Source: Gammaproteobacteria bacterium (GTDB lineage Bacteria > Pseudomonadota > Gammaproteobacteria > Eutrophobiales > Eutrophobiaceae). From it: 64,000 bases of DNA. The notes beneath the pieces were generated by a model. That model had not been told where the DNA came from, made no database searches, and worked only from the letters and a program-made list of their open reading frames with translations. Within the stretch, counting starts at the first letter, position 1; every line of letters begins with the position of its first letter. Shown here in pieces: positions 50,413 to 61,564 of this stretch. The stretch covers positions 224,001 to 288,000 of the forward strand of contig OZ244905.1 in assembly GCA_965221695.1 (NCBI GenBank), given 5' to 3'. Position numbers and translations under genes: made by a program.

Positions 50413-51270
50413 TTACCGCTGCGCAATGTCTTGCAAGCCGCGCCTGACCAAGGCCGCCACCATCTGCCGCCGGTAGGCGCCGGTGGCGCGGAAGTCATCG
50501 ATAGGTCTTGCTTCCTTTGCCGCGCAGGCGGCCGCGGCATTGATAACGGCTTCATCCAAGGTTTTGTCCTGGAGCATGGTTTCCGTCTCCACGGCGCGCA
50601 TTGCCACCGGCGCTACTGCGCCTAAGGCAATGCGGGCCTGCGCCACTTTGCCTTGCTCGAGTCTGACTGTCATGGCAAGGCTGATGATGGATATGGCATC
50701 GGCCTGGCGTTTGCCAAGTTTGTAATAGAACCAGGACATATGTTCAGCGGGACGGGGGAACTCGATCGCAGTCAGCAGTTCATCAGGTTGCCGGGCAGTT
50801 TTGCGCACCCCCTGAAAGAACTCAGGCAGGGGCAGGACGCGTCGCCCGCGCGCGGCGCTCTTTAATTCAACCACGGCGTCAAGCGCCAGCAGGGGAGGCG
50901 AGATATCGGCTGCAGCGGACGCATCGCAAAGATTGCCGCCAACCGTGGCCAGGTTGCGGATCAGAGGGCCTGCAAACGCGGCGCACATGGGGCTCATGAG
51001 ACCCTCAATAGCGCCGCCTGGGCGCCACTTAAGCAGACGGGCAAAGGTGACGCCCGCGCCCAAGCGAATTTGGCTATTGTTTTCGGATATTGGCCCCAGT
51101 TCTTCAAGACCGGTTATGTCTACTACCAGGTCGGTTGCCAGAGGCGCTCGTTTCATGTTCACCATGATATTGGTGCCGCCTGCTACTGGTGTGACACGCT
51201 TGCTCTGCGCCAACGCCTGCAGCGCAGTGGACAAATCGCCGGGCCGGGTGAATTCAAAATCATTAATCAT
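50413..51270 (-). CDS. Xanthine/CO dehydrogenase family FAD-binding subunit (CoxM-like)
   Basis: AGGTN, IRN.AT.GGNL..AS.AAD and PIDDFR....YR motifs. Confidence 0.92.
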   Translation of the reverse strand: MINDFEFTRPGDLSTALQALAQSKRVTPVAGGTNIMVNMKRAPLATDLVVDITGLEELGPISENNSQIRLGAGVTFARLLKWRPGGAIEGLMSPMCAAFAGPLIRNLATVGGNLCDASAAADISPPLLALDAVVELKSAARGRRVLPLPEFFQGVRKTARQPDELLTAIEFPRPAEHMSWFYYKLGKRQADAISIISLAMTVRLEQGKVAQARIALGAVAPVAMRAVETETMLQDKTLDEAVINAAAACAAKEARPIDDFRATGAYRRQMVAALVRRGLQDIAQR

Positions 51271-54023
51271 GCGTTGCGCCCGGTAATCAGCACGGAGACC
51301 TGTTCCGGAGTCAGGGGCAGGCGCGTAACATCGACATCGAGCGCGTCAGCCAGAGCGTTGGCTATAGCGCCGGTGGGTGGGGCTATCGGCGGTTCGCCGA
51401 CACCTTTCACGCCTATGGGGCCTTCCAATGCCGGTTGTTCCACCAGGATGGTTTGCATCGGCGGCATGTCTTCCGCTGAAATAAGCAGATAATCGGCAAA
51501 ACTAGGGTTTAATACCTTGCCGCCGGTTTCGCGTAATTCCTCCATCATTGCCAGGCCGAGACCCATGGCGACGCCACCTTCTATCTGGCCTTCGCATCCG
51601 GTGGGATTCACAGCTTTGCCGACGTCATGCGCCGCGGCATAACGCTTCAGCTCGATTTCTCCGGTCGTCTCATCCACAGCCAACTCCACTGCGTGAGCGC
51701 AGAAACTGGGCGCCGGAAAACCGCCGATGGGATGTGCTTTTGTTGTGGGAGGTTGCTCGTCCAGAACGGAGGATACGCCCACCAACGGACCACCGTGCTT
51801 CTTGTGACGGGTATAACAGATTTCTGCCAGGGTTACCGAGTTGCGCCGGTCCCCGCGTACGAAAACGATGCCATCTTCCAGCGTCATATCATCTGCCGCC
51901 GCTTCGAGCAGGCGGGCGGCTTCCTCCAGTAATTGCCGCTTGAGATCAAGGGCCGCCTCGTAGGCAGAGCGAGCGATGGTGAATGTCATGCGGCTGCCGC
52001 CGTGACCGTGGTCCCAGGGCAGGGTATCGGTATCGCCGCGCACAAGTTGAATAGATGCAACAGGCGTTCCAAGACCGGCAGCCGCCATCTGTAATACGCT
52101 GCTGGTCATACCGCCGGTGCCCATGTCGACACACCCGGAAATGAGGCGGAAAGTACCGTCCTCGTTGGTCTCGATCAGGGTCTGTGTGCCCCAGGTACCG
52201 CTGACCCACCAATTGCAGGCCAATCCTTTCCCTGTGCCAGGGGGGCTTGGTTTATCCCATTCAATAGCTTGCGCCGCTTTTTGTAGGCACTCTTTCATGC
52301 TGACCGCCGCCAACGCTTGTCCCGTGCAAGTGGAGTCGCCGTCTTCCCAGGCGTTCTTAAGTCGGAAGGACAGGCCGTCCATACCGACCGCGCGCGCGAC
52401 TTTTTCCATGTGGGTCTCCACCGCAAAAGCCATCTGAGGGCCGGACGGGCAGCGAATCGAACCTTTCGGCACGCTATTGGTGTAGGTGACGAGTCCGGTT
52501 ATTTTCAGGTTGGGTATGCGATAAGGCCCACCGGCCATGAGGCTGCCCAGGGCCGCGGTGTTAGGTCCGTAAGGCCCGTAAGCGCCGGTATTGAACAGCA
52601 TGTGAACCTGGTGCGCAACTAACGAGCCGTCGTTCATGACTCCGGTTTTGAGACGCACCTTGGACGGGTGGCGCAACAGTGCGGCGCTGGCCATTTCTTC
52701 GTCGCGACTCAAGGTCATCTGAACCGGCAGTCCGGATCGTTCCGCGAGCAATACAACATATGGCTCAACGACGGGAAACAGTTTGCCGCCAAAACCGCCG
52801 CCGATATGCGTTGGCACAACCTTGAATGAACTGATGGGTCGTTTCAGCGCTTTGGCCAGGTAACTGCGCACGGCAAAAGGCTTTTGCGTCGTGGTCCAGA
52901 CCGTGATGCGGCCAGTGGCGTCGATTGCGGCTGTTGCGCTGTGGGGTTCGATGGCGCCGGCGTGGGCCACGGGCGTGCAGTAGGTTGCCTCGATAATTTT
53001 GTCCGCTTCGGCGAAACCCTGCTCGATATCGCCATCGCCAAATTCCAGTTTGTAACACAAATTGCCATTACGTTCCGATTCCCAGTCGAACTGGTAGGAT
53101 TCCGGCTCGTCGTGCACCAGGGGCGCATCCGGCAACATCGCTTGTTCTGGGTCGAATACCGCTGGAAGTTCCTCATATTCGATTTTTACCAGCGCGGCTG
53201 CTTCACGCGCCGCGTCCGGGGTAACGGCCGCTACCGCGGCAATCGGTTCTCCAGGGTAACGCGCTTTTTCCAGGGCGAAAATCCGCTGGTCGTGCAGCTC
53301 GTAACCGTAGTAACCCATATCGATGTCTCTTCCTGTTACTAGCGCCCGGACCCCCGGTAGACGCAAAGCCTCGGCAGTATCGATGGACAGGATCCTTGCA
53401 TGGGCGTGGGGGCTTCGTATCAACGCGCCATAGACCATACGCGGCAGCCGTATATCCTCAGCGTAGAGCGCGCTGCCGGTCACCTTTTCCAGCGCGTCGG
53501 TCCGTGTCATCCGTGCGCCGATAGCATCATTTTCGCCATGCGAGTTTTCCGAAAAGATGCTGCCATCGGCTACTGCCCGGGCCGCATCCAGGATCTTAGT
53601 GTAGCCGGTGCAACGGCAAAGGTTACTGGATATTGCCTGCCGCACTTCTTCTTCGTCCGGCTTCGGGTTGCGATTGAACAGGTCTTTGAGGGACAATACA
53701 ATTCCCGGTGTGCAGAAGCCGCACTGGATGCCGCCGCACCGGACCATGGCCTGTTGCACTGGATCCAACGCTTCGGGCCGCCCCAATCCTTCTATGGTTA
53801 TGACCTCGCGTCCTTCCGCCTGCAACGCCAATGCCATACAGGAATTGATGGCCTTACCGTCCAGTAGCGTCGTGCAACTACCACAGTCTCCTGTACCGCA
53901 ACCTTCTTTCGTTCCGATTAACCCAAGATTAACGCGCAACGCGTCAAGCAGGCGCGTGCGCGGGGCGACTTCAATGGTCTCCTGGCGGCCGTTAACAATA
54001 AAGTTGAGCGTCTGTTTCTTCAT
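51267..54023 (-). CDS. Xanthine oxidase family molybdoenzyme with fused 2x[2Fe-2S] and Mo-binding domains
   Basis: GCG.GDCGSC, QCGFC..NLCRC, IGGGFGGK, GQIEGG and KGVGEP motifs. Confidence 0.92.
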   Translation of the reverse strand: MKKQTLNFIVNGRQETIEVAPRTRLLDALRVNLGLIGTKEGCGTGDCGSCTTLLDGKAINSCMALALQAEGREVITIEGLGRPEALDPVQQAMVRCGGIQCGFCTPGIVLSLKDLFNRNPKPDEEEVRQAISSNLCRCTGYTKILDAARAVADGSIFSENSHGENDAIGARMTRTDALEKVTGSALYAEDIRLPRMVYGALIRSPHAHARILSIDTAEALRLPGVRALVTGRDIDMGYYGYELHDQRIFALEKARYPGEPIAAVAAVTPDAAREAAALVKIEYEELPAVFDPEQAMLPDAPLVHDEPESYQFDWESERNGNLCYKLEFGDGDIEQGFAEADKIIEATYCTPVAHAGAIEPHSATAAIDATGRITVWTTTQKPFAVRSYLAKALKRPISSFKVVPTHIGGGFGGKLFPVVEPYVVLLAERSGLPVQMTLSRDEEMASAALLRHPSKVRLKTGVMNDGSLVAHQVHMLFNTGAYGPYGPNTAALGSLMAGGPYRIPNLKITGLVTYTNSVPKGSIRCPSGPQMAFAVETHMEKVARAVGMDGLSFRLKNAWEDGDSTCTGQALAAVSMKECLQKAAQAIEWDKPSPPGTGKGLACNWWVSGTWGTQTLIETNEDGTFRLISGCVDMGTGGMTSSVLQMAAAGLGTPVASIQLVRGDTDTLPWDHGHGGSRMTFTIARSAYEAALDLKRQLLEEAARLLEAAADDMTLEDGIVFVRGDRRNSVTLAEICYTRHKKHGGPLVGVSSVLDEQPPTTKAHPIGGFPAPSFCAHAVELAVDETTGEIELKRYAAAHDVGKAVNPTGCEGQIEGGVAMGLGLAMMEELRETGGKVLNPSFADYLLISAEDMPPMQTILVEQPALEGPIGVKGVGEPPIAPPTGAIANALADALDVDVTRLPLTPEQVSVLITGRNA

Positions 54024-54907
54024 TTCAGATATGAACGGGTGGCTTTCAGCACCAGGCTCCAAGTGGTAGAGTTCGGGTTGATGACTTCAAAGTGCCCGGA
54101 TTCAGGAGCCATCATACGAGTCATCGAATTCTCTCCGATCGCGCGTGCGGCGGTGTAGTATTCTTCGCCAAAAGGCGTCCATACGCTGTCGTGCATGCCC
54201 ATGAGCAGGGTATGCGGCACGCCAATCGGCGCCATGCGCGCAGGCTCGACATAAGCATAGCGGTCGGGTTGCTCTGCCGGCGAGCCACCCATGAGTCGGT
54301 CGATGACGTTGTCACAGGTACCCTGCTGATGCAGCCGGGTCAGCGCCGCAGCGGGCGCCAGCGCCACCACGCCAGCCGGTATCAGAGGGTCTGCCAGGTA
54401 CAAATCGTGGTCGGCAGGAATTTTTGCCCGCGCCCCGGCCCATAATGCCAGATGGCCGCCGGCGGAATGTCCCATGACGACCATTTGTGTGAGGTCAAGA
54501 GGATAGTCTTTGGCCAGGTTGCGCGCATGATCGATGCCGGCGCCAATGTCAAGCAGAAGTCCTGGATACGTGCCGCCCGGATTGCCCACTCGACGATACT
54601 CCAGGTTCCATACCGCAATACCTTCCTGCCGGAAGGCCCAGGCCAGTGGGCGTGTTGTGGCGATGTCATACATTGCCAGCCAGCAACCGCCATGGATAAA
54701 CACGACAAGCGGGAATGGTCCCTCTCCCTCCGGAATATGCAGTTCGCCGAATTGTAACGGATCTTCTCCATAGGCGATGTGAATTCCCGGCGCGCCGTCA
54801 GAGAGTTCCGCCAGCAGATCCTCCACGGTCATGATGTCCGCGTGTGCGTTGGACAAGCCGGCGCAAAACCAAAGCAACAGCGCGTAGACAATGGATTTGA
54901 TTTTCAT
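54020..54907 (-). CDS. Exported alpha/beta hydrolase (lipase/esterase)
   Basis: HGGCW, EYRR.G, GHSAGG and GHF motifs. Confidence 0.88.
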   Translation of the reverse strand: MKIKSIVYALLLWFCAGLSNAHADIMTVEDLLAELSDGAPGIHIAYGEDPLQFGELHIPEGEGPFPLVVFIHGGCWLAMYDIATTRPLAWAFRQEGIAVWNLEYRRVGNPGGTYPGLLLDIGAGIDHARNLAKDYPLDLTQMVVMGHSAGGHLALWAGARAKIPADHDLYLADPLIPAGVVALAPAAALTRLHQQGTCDNVIDRLMGGSPAEQPDRYAYVEPARMAPIGVPHTLLMGMHDSVWTPFGEEYYTAARAIGENSMTRMMAPESGHFEVINPNSTTWSLVLKATRSYLK

Positions 54908-55108
54908 CTGTTTCCCCTCTCAATTTCTGGTTTATCATTATTCCCGATTATCATACCATTTGCGTGTAATTTATGCGCTTTACCTTGTATTTTTGTGATG
55001 CGACTTTCTTTTGTCATATTCCCCATATATCATTGTAAATATACCCATCGTTATGAGTGAATAAGCATTAAGACTATTGATACTGTTGTCAGGGTTAAAC
55101 CGCGAGCG

Positions 55109-56194
55109 GTGCTCGTCCATATCAACTTTCAAAACCCACATCACAATGAAGAACTGCAGGAATTTGTGCAGTTAACTGAATCTTCCGGGTTGGTTCCATC
55201 CGCAACGATTACCGGCAGCAGAGTGAGGCCGGATGCCAGGTTTTTTATCGGTTCAGGCAAAGTCGACGAGATCAGGCAATGCGCGCGCGAGCATGGCGCG
55301 GAAATCGTAATCTTCAATCACAAATTATCCCCGGCGCAAGAGCGCAACCTGGAACAGGAGATACATTGCCGGGCGCTTGACCGGGTTGGCCTGATACTCG
55401 ATATTTTTTCCCAACGGGCCAGGACTTACGAGGGAAAGCTGCAGGTTGAACTGGCGCAACTACAGCATTTATCCACGCGCCTGGTCAGGGGCTGGTCACA
55501 TTTGGAGAGACAAAAAGGCGGCATCGGGCTACGCGGCCCCGGGGAAACCCAACTCGAAACCGACAGGCGATTGATTGGCAAGCGTATCAAAACGATCCGC
55601 GCCAGGCTCGATAAAGTGAAGAGTCGAAGAGAGCAGGGCAGTCGCTTGCGACGACGCAATAACGCTGCCCTGGTATCGCTGGTTGGCTATACTAACGCCG
55701 GGAAGTCCACATTGTTTAATCGCCTTACCGGCGCGGATGTCTATTGCGCCGACAAATTGTTTGCCACTCTGGACCCCACTATCAGGAAATGCCACCTGGC
55801 AGATGGACTGTCGGCGCTGTTCAGTGATACGGTGGGTTTTATTCGGCATATCCCTCATGACCTGGTGGAATCTTTTCATGCCACTCTCGATGAGATAAAA
55901 AGCGCTGATTTATTACTGCACGTGGTTGATATAAATGATGATCACCACGCGCGTATCAGCGAAGTAAACCAAGTAATAAAGTCTCTGGGAGCCACCGACA
56001 TTCCTCAGCTTCTGGTCTTTAACAAGATAGACCTGACCGGAGCCGGGCCCGGCAACGGAACAGGCGCGCAGGCAACGCGCAATCGCAACAATGGCGCCGC
56101 CCCTCGTGTCTGGGTTTCTGCTCTCACCGGCGCCGGCCTGCCGGATTTGAAACAGCTTATCTGTCAGGAATTGGGCAGTATTCATTCAACCTGA
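55109..56194 (+). CDS. hflX: Ribosome-associated GTPase HflX
   Basis: GGIGLRGPGETQLETDRR, GYTNAGKST, LFATLDPT, DTVGFI and NKID motifs; start uncertain. Confidence 0.95.
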   Translation: MLVHINFQNPHHNEELQEFVQLTESSGLVPSATITGSRVRPDARFFIGSGKVDEIRQCAREHGAEIVIFNHKLSPAQERNLEQEIHCRALDRVGLILDIFSQRARTYEGKLQVELAQLQHLSTRLVRGWSHLERQKGGIGLRGPGETQLETDRRLIGKRIKTIRARLDKVKSRREQGSRLRRRNNAALVSLVGYTNAGKSTLFNRLTGADVYCADKLFATLDPTIRKCHLADGLSALFSDTVGFIRHIPHDLVESFHATLDEIKSADLLLHVVDINDDHHARISEVNQVIKSLGATDIPQLLVFNKIDLTGAGPGNGTGAQATRNRNNGAAPRVWVSALTGAGLPDLKQLICQELGSIHST

Positions 56195-56199
56195 TATGG

Positions 56200-56275
56200 A
56201 GTCGCCCCCCGTTTTCGTGAGGGCTGGCGCAGCGGGTGACACACTTTTCGACTGGACTCCCGCTTTTGCGGAAAG
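56200..56275 (-). repeat. Partial family-A repeat
   Basis: GACACAC..TCGACTGGACTCCCGCTTTTGCGGAA. Confidence 0.65.
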
Positions 56276-56437
56276 GTAAGCGAAAGAAATGAGGAGTAAA
56301 ACCAAAGACTTCGTGTTTGAGCTTGCGCGCCAGTTCAGACCTGATGTCTAAGCGCATTTTTCATACGCTTATTTGGGCATTGTGATAAACTTGTGCGCGT
56401 TTTAATTAACCGGAAATGATGAAAAGAGGTAATTTAT

Positions 56438-57586
56438 ATGGCCTGGAACGAACCGCCGGACAATAAGGATCAGGACCCCTGGGGCAATCGGGGCAGAGGT
56501 GATGGGCCGCCTGATCTGGATGAGATCGTCAGGAAAATGCAGGAAGGTTTTGGCGGCCTGTTTCGGGGCGGCGGCGCCCCCAAAACCAAAAATAAAGGCA
56601 AAGGCTTCTTCCCTTTCACCTGGCTCATAGCCGTCATTGTTCTGACGCTGTTGCTGTTGGTGGATATCACCTACCTGATAGATGAGCAGGAACGCGGTGT
56701 CGTACTGCGCTTTGGTCGTTATGAGAGAATCCTGCAGCCGGGCTTGAACTTTGTCTTCCCCAGCCTGATTGACAGGGTGATAACGGTAAACGTCGGCCAG
56801 GTGCGTTCCATCACACACAAGGCATCAATGCTGACCCAGGATGAAAATATCGTGGATGTGGAAGTGGCGGTGCAATGGCGCATTAATGACCCTGCGGACT
56901 TCATTTTCAACGTGAAAGACCCAGCGATGACACTGCGCCAAGTTGCCGAGAGCGCAGTACGCGCGATCATCGGCCAGAGTGAGTTGGACTATGTGCTGAC
57001 CGAAGGGCGTAGTGAGATTGCCCAGCAGCAACAGCAGTTGATGCAGAAAATACTGATTGATGACTACGAGTCGGGCATTCTTGTCGTTACCGTTGAAATG
57101 CAACCGGCCAAGCCGCCGGAGGCGGTGAAAGCTGCGTTTGACGACGCCATCAAGGCCCGGGAGGATGAGCAGCGACTTGTCAACGAGGCGGAGGCCTACC
57201 GCAACGATATCCTGCCGCGGGCGCGCGGCGCCGCGGCACGCGTGCGTGAAGAGGCCAATGCATATAAGGCATCTGCCATCGCCAAATCCGAAGGCGATGC
57301 GGCGCGCTTTGAGCAGTTGTTGGCCGAGTATGAACAGGCGCCGGAGATAACAAGAAAACGCCTGTATCTGGAAGCCATCGAATCTGTGCTGTCCAGTACC
57401 AACAAGGTACTGCTGGACGCGGAAGGCGGGAACAGTCTGATGTATCTGCCCCTGGACAAATTGATGCAACCCCGCAGTTCGGGTTCCTTGAACCCGACGC
57501 GGGATGGTAGCGCGCAGAACGCCGCATCTCAGACGATGCAGGACCTTGCTGAACGCGTCGGAAACCGCTCCCGAGGAGTAAGATGA
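56438..57586 (+). CDS. hflK: FtsH protease modulator HflK
   Basis: MAWNEP..DPWG..GPPDLDE; SPFH domain. Confidence 0.97.
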   Translation: MAWNEPPDNKDQDPWGNRGRGDGPPDLDEIVRKMQEGFGGLFRGGGAPKTKNKGKGFFPFTWLIAVIVLTLLLLVDITYLIDEQERGVVLRFGRYERILQPGLNFVFPSLIDRVITVNVGQVRSITHKASMLTQDENIVDVEVAVQWRINDPADFIFNVKDPAMTLRQVAESAVRAIIGQSELDYVLTEGRSEIAQQQQQLMQKILIDDYESGILVVTVEMQPAKPPEAVKAAFDDAIKAREDEQRLVNEAEAYRNDILPRARGAAARVREEANAYKASAIAKSEGDAARFEQLLAEYEQAPEITRKRLYLEAIESVLSSTNKVLLDAEGGNSLMYLPLDKLMQPRSSGSLNPTRDGSAQNAASQTMQDLAERVGNRSRGVR

Positions 57587-58455
57587 CCATGCTGAGAATT
57601 CTTCTACCCATCATTCTGCTGGCTATTGTGGCCTATTTTTCGCTATTTAGAGTACAGCAGTACCAGCAGGCTATAGTATTCCAGTTCAGAGAAATTCAAA
57701 GATCCGACTTTGAACCGGGCTTGCATTTCATGATTCCGATCATGAATACCGTGAAGAAGTTCGAGCGACGGTTGTTGAACCTGGACCAGGAACCACAACG
57801 ATTTCTCACCGTAGAGAAGAAAGATGTGATCGTGGATTATTACGCAAAATGGCGCATCTCTGACGTGGAGAAATTTTACGTCGCCACGCGTGGCGGCGAT
57901 ATTGATTATGCGAATGGATTGCTGGGTCAGCGGATCAATCGCGCATTACGAGATGAATTCGGAAAACGCACGGTGCAGGAAGTAGTGGCGGGCGAGCGTG
58001 GCGAGATCCTGGATGTTGTCGAAACTACCACGGATCAGTTGCAGGACGAACTAGGCATTGCCATTATCGACGTCAGAACCAAGCGTATAGATCTGCCTGA
58101 AGATGTCAGCGATTCCGTCTATGACAGGATGCGCGCCGAACGCACCCGGGTGGCAAAAGACTTCCGCGCGCGCGGCGAGGAGGCTGCTGAGAGAATCCGG
58201 GCGAACGCGGACCGTGAGCGGGAAATCATCCTGGCTGAAGCCTATAAAGACGCCGAGACCGTGCGCGGCGAGGGTGATGCCCGCGCAACCGAAATCTATG
58301 CCGGCGCATTCGGCAAAGACGAGGAGTTTTATACGCTGTACCGCAGCCTGAATGCTTACCGGACCAGCTTTAGCAATAACAGCGATATCCTTTTGCTTGA
58401 GCCGGATTCAGACTTCTTCAGATATTTCAACAACTCCCGGGGGCAGAGCGAGTAG
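57583..58455 (+). CDS. hflC: FtsH protease modulator HflC
   Basis: SPFH domain; RMRAER and FY..YRSL.AY motifs. Confidence 0.97.
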   Translation: MTMLRILLPIILLAIVAYFSLFRVQQYQQAIVFQFREIQRSDFEPGLHFMIPIMNTVKKFERRLLNLDQEPQRFLTVEKKDVIVDYYAKWRISDVEKFYVATRGGDIDYANGLLGQRINRALRDEFGKRTVQEVVAGERGEILDVVETTTDQLQDELGIAIIDVRTKRIDLPEDVSDSVYDRMRAERTRVAKDFRARGEEAAERIRANADREREIILAEAYKDAETVRGEGDARATEIYAGAFGKDEEFYTLYRSLNAYRTSFSNNSDILLLEPDSDFFRYFNNSRGQSE

Positions 58456-58547
58456 CAGGGAATACCCGGCAACCCGTTGGCTTGCAAAATGACGCGGGAG
58501 TATAATTACCGATGACGCTGAACAGCGCCTGACACGGTTCGGCAGAC

Positions 58548-58733
58548 ATGTGGACGGAACTACTGAGCGCTATCGCGTTGGTGTTCATACTGGAAGGGCT
58601 TTTGCCTTTTGTGAATCCCAACTGGATCAAGCGCGTTTTTATCGCTGCGGCACAGTTGGACAACACCACCTTGCGTTTTGTCGGCATCAGCAGCATGTTA
58701 ATCGGTGTGATCATGTTATACCTCGTGCGCTGA
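58548..58733 (+). CDS. DUF2065 (YjeT-like) small membrane protein
   Basis: ALVFILEGLLPF.NP..LRF.G; conserved position after hflC. Confidence 0.9.
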   Translation: MWTELLSAIALVFILEGLLPFVNPNWIKRVFIAAAQLDNTTLRFVGISSMLIGVIMLYLVR

Positions 58734-58772
58734 CCGGCCATGGGCTCCGTTAGCTTTTTCTGACAGTTTGCG

Positions 58773-59957
58773 ATGACGACAAATAAATGGTTGTTGCCCG
58801 AAGGGGTTGAAGAGGTCTTGCCTCCACAAGCGGCGCAACTTGACGTTTTATGCCGCCGCATCATCGATCAATTTGCCGTGTGGGGATACGAATTTGTGAT
58901 TCCGCCGCTGATTGAGTATCTGGATACGCTGTTTACCGGCGCCGATGAGGACCTTGAACTACAGACTTTCAAGGTTATCGATCAACTGAACGGCAAACTG
59001 ATGGGGATCCGGGCGGACACCACCCCGCAGGTGGCCCGTATTGAAGCGCATAATCTCAAGCGCGACGGGCCGAGCCGCTTGTGCTATATCGGCGCGGCGC
59101 TACATACCCTGCCTAGCGGTCCCGGCGGCACGCGCTCACTTCTGCAAGCCGGAGCGGAGTTATACGGGCACAAGGGTGTCGAGAGCGACGCGGAGATTCT
59201 TGCTTTGATGCTCAAGACCCTGAGCCTGGCGGAGCTGAATGACATCCACGTTGATATTGGCCACGTTAGGATAATGCAGGGGTTGATCAGACCTTTAAAA
59301 CTGTCCCCGGATCGGGAAAAACTGATGCTCAGTTGCATCAAAAGAAAAGCTGCCGATGAGCTAAAAAACGTCTTGTCTGAGTGGTCTATCGCCGGCACAT
59401 CGAGCGCAGCCTTACTCAGGCTGATGGAACTGGAAGGGGATGCGAGCATTTTAGAGGAAGTTAAAGCGATCTTGAAGCCTTGTGGCGAAGAGTTATGCGG
59501 CTATGTGGATGAGTTGGACAAGACCGCGAAATTGACCGCGCGCCAGGTGAAGAACGCTCCCTTGTACTTTGACGTGACAGAAATTCAGGGTTATCACTAT
59601 CATACCGATATCACATTTGCCGCCTATGTCCCGGGAGAGAGCGATGGCATCGCTTTTGGCGGACGTTACGACGAGGTAGGCGCTGCATTTGGCCGGCCAC
59701 GTCCGGCGACCGGTTTCAGCACGGATGCCTACAAGCTATTTGAATTGGCGCCCCGGGCGGGCCTTGCCAATAATGCCATTTATGCTCCAATCTCTGAAGT
59801 CCCTGGGCTGTATGAGTTGGTCGCGCAGTTACGGGACGAGGGAGAAACAGTGATTTACAGACTGCCGAATGAGGCCGGGACAACTGCCTCCGGCGACCCG
59901 GATTGTGAGCGAGAAATCGTGTTGGAACACGGACGCTGGCAACTCAAGGAGATTTAG
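58773..59957 (+). CDS. hisZ: ATP phosphoribosyltransferase regulatory subunit
   Basis: WLLPEG.EEVLP, RAD.TPQVARI, RLCY and GGRYD.VG..FGR.RPATGFS motifs. Confidence 0.95.
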   Translation: MTTNKWLLPEGVEEVLPPQAAQLDVLCRRIIDQFAVWGYEFVIPPLIEYLDTLFTGADEDLELQTFKVIDQLNGKLMGIRADTTPQVARIEAHNLKRDGPSRLCYIGAALHTLPSGPGGTRSLLQAGAELYGHKGVESDAEILALMLKTLSLAELNDIHVDIGHVRIMQGLIRPLKLSPDREKLMLSCIKRKAADELKNVLSEWSIAGTSSAALLRLMELEGDASILEEVKAILKPCGEELCGYVDELDKTAKLTARQVKNAPLYFDVTEIQGYHYHTDITFAAYVPGESDGIAFGGRYDEVGAAFGRPRPATGFSTDAYKLFELAPRAGLANNAIYAPISEVPGLYELVAQLRDEGETVIYRLPNEAGTTASGDPDCEREIVLEHGRWQLKEI

Positions 59958-61274
<1,317 letters not shown>

Positions 61275-61328
61275 CAGGGATTGAGCGCGAGATAATGAGT
61301 CAAGACAACAGAACAAGTGTCACTGGAA

Positions 61329-61415
61329 TGGTGCCGAGGAAAGGACTTGAACCTTCACGGGGTTACCCCCACTAGCACCTGAAGCTAGCGCGTCTACCAA
61401 TTCCGCCACCTCGGC
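61329..61415 (-). tRNA. tRNA-Leu(CAG)
   Basis: GCCGAGG acceptor, CTAGC-TTCAGGT-GCTAG anticodon arm, long variable arm, TTCAAGT T-loop, encoded CCA. Confidence 0.97.
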
Positions 61416-61453
61416 AAAGTCTGGAATAAAATCAACTCTTCCAGGAACGGCGA

Positions 61454-61482
61454 ACTTTACCGTTACCGATCAATGCTGTCAA
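61454..61482 (-). promoter_or_regulatory. sigma70 promoter for tRNA-Leu(CAG)
   Basis: TTGACA-17 bp-TAAAGT followed by a GC-rich discriminator. Confidence 0.75.
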
Positions 61483-61520
61483 TCACTATCTGCTTTCTAT
61501 TGTTATGCTCTCGATTGTTA

Positions 61521-61549
61521 TTGACAACCCCTCATCTGTATACGATAAT
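61521..61549 (+). promoter_or_regulatory. sigma70-like promoter reading antisense through the tRNA-like gene
   Basis: TTGACA-17 bp-GATAAT. Confidence 0.6.
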
Positions 61550-61564
61550 CACAGTTGGAGCCAT

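Noticed and set aside
50413-54023. Aerobic CO dehydrogenase
   Set aside because: Lacks the full AYRCSFR motif and the coxMSL order and accessory genes
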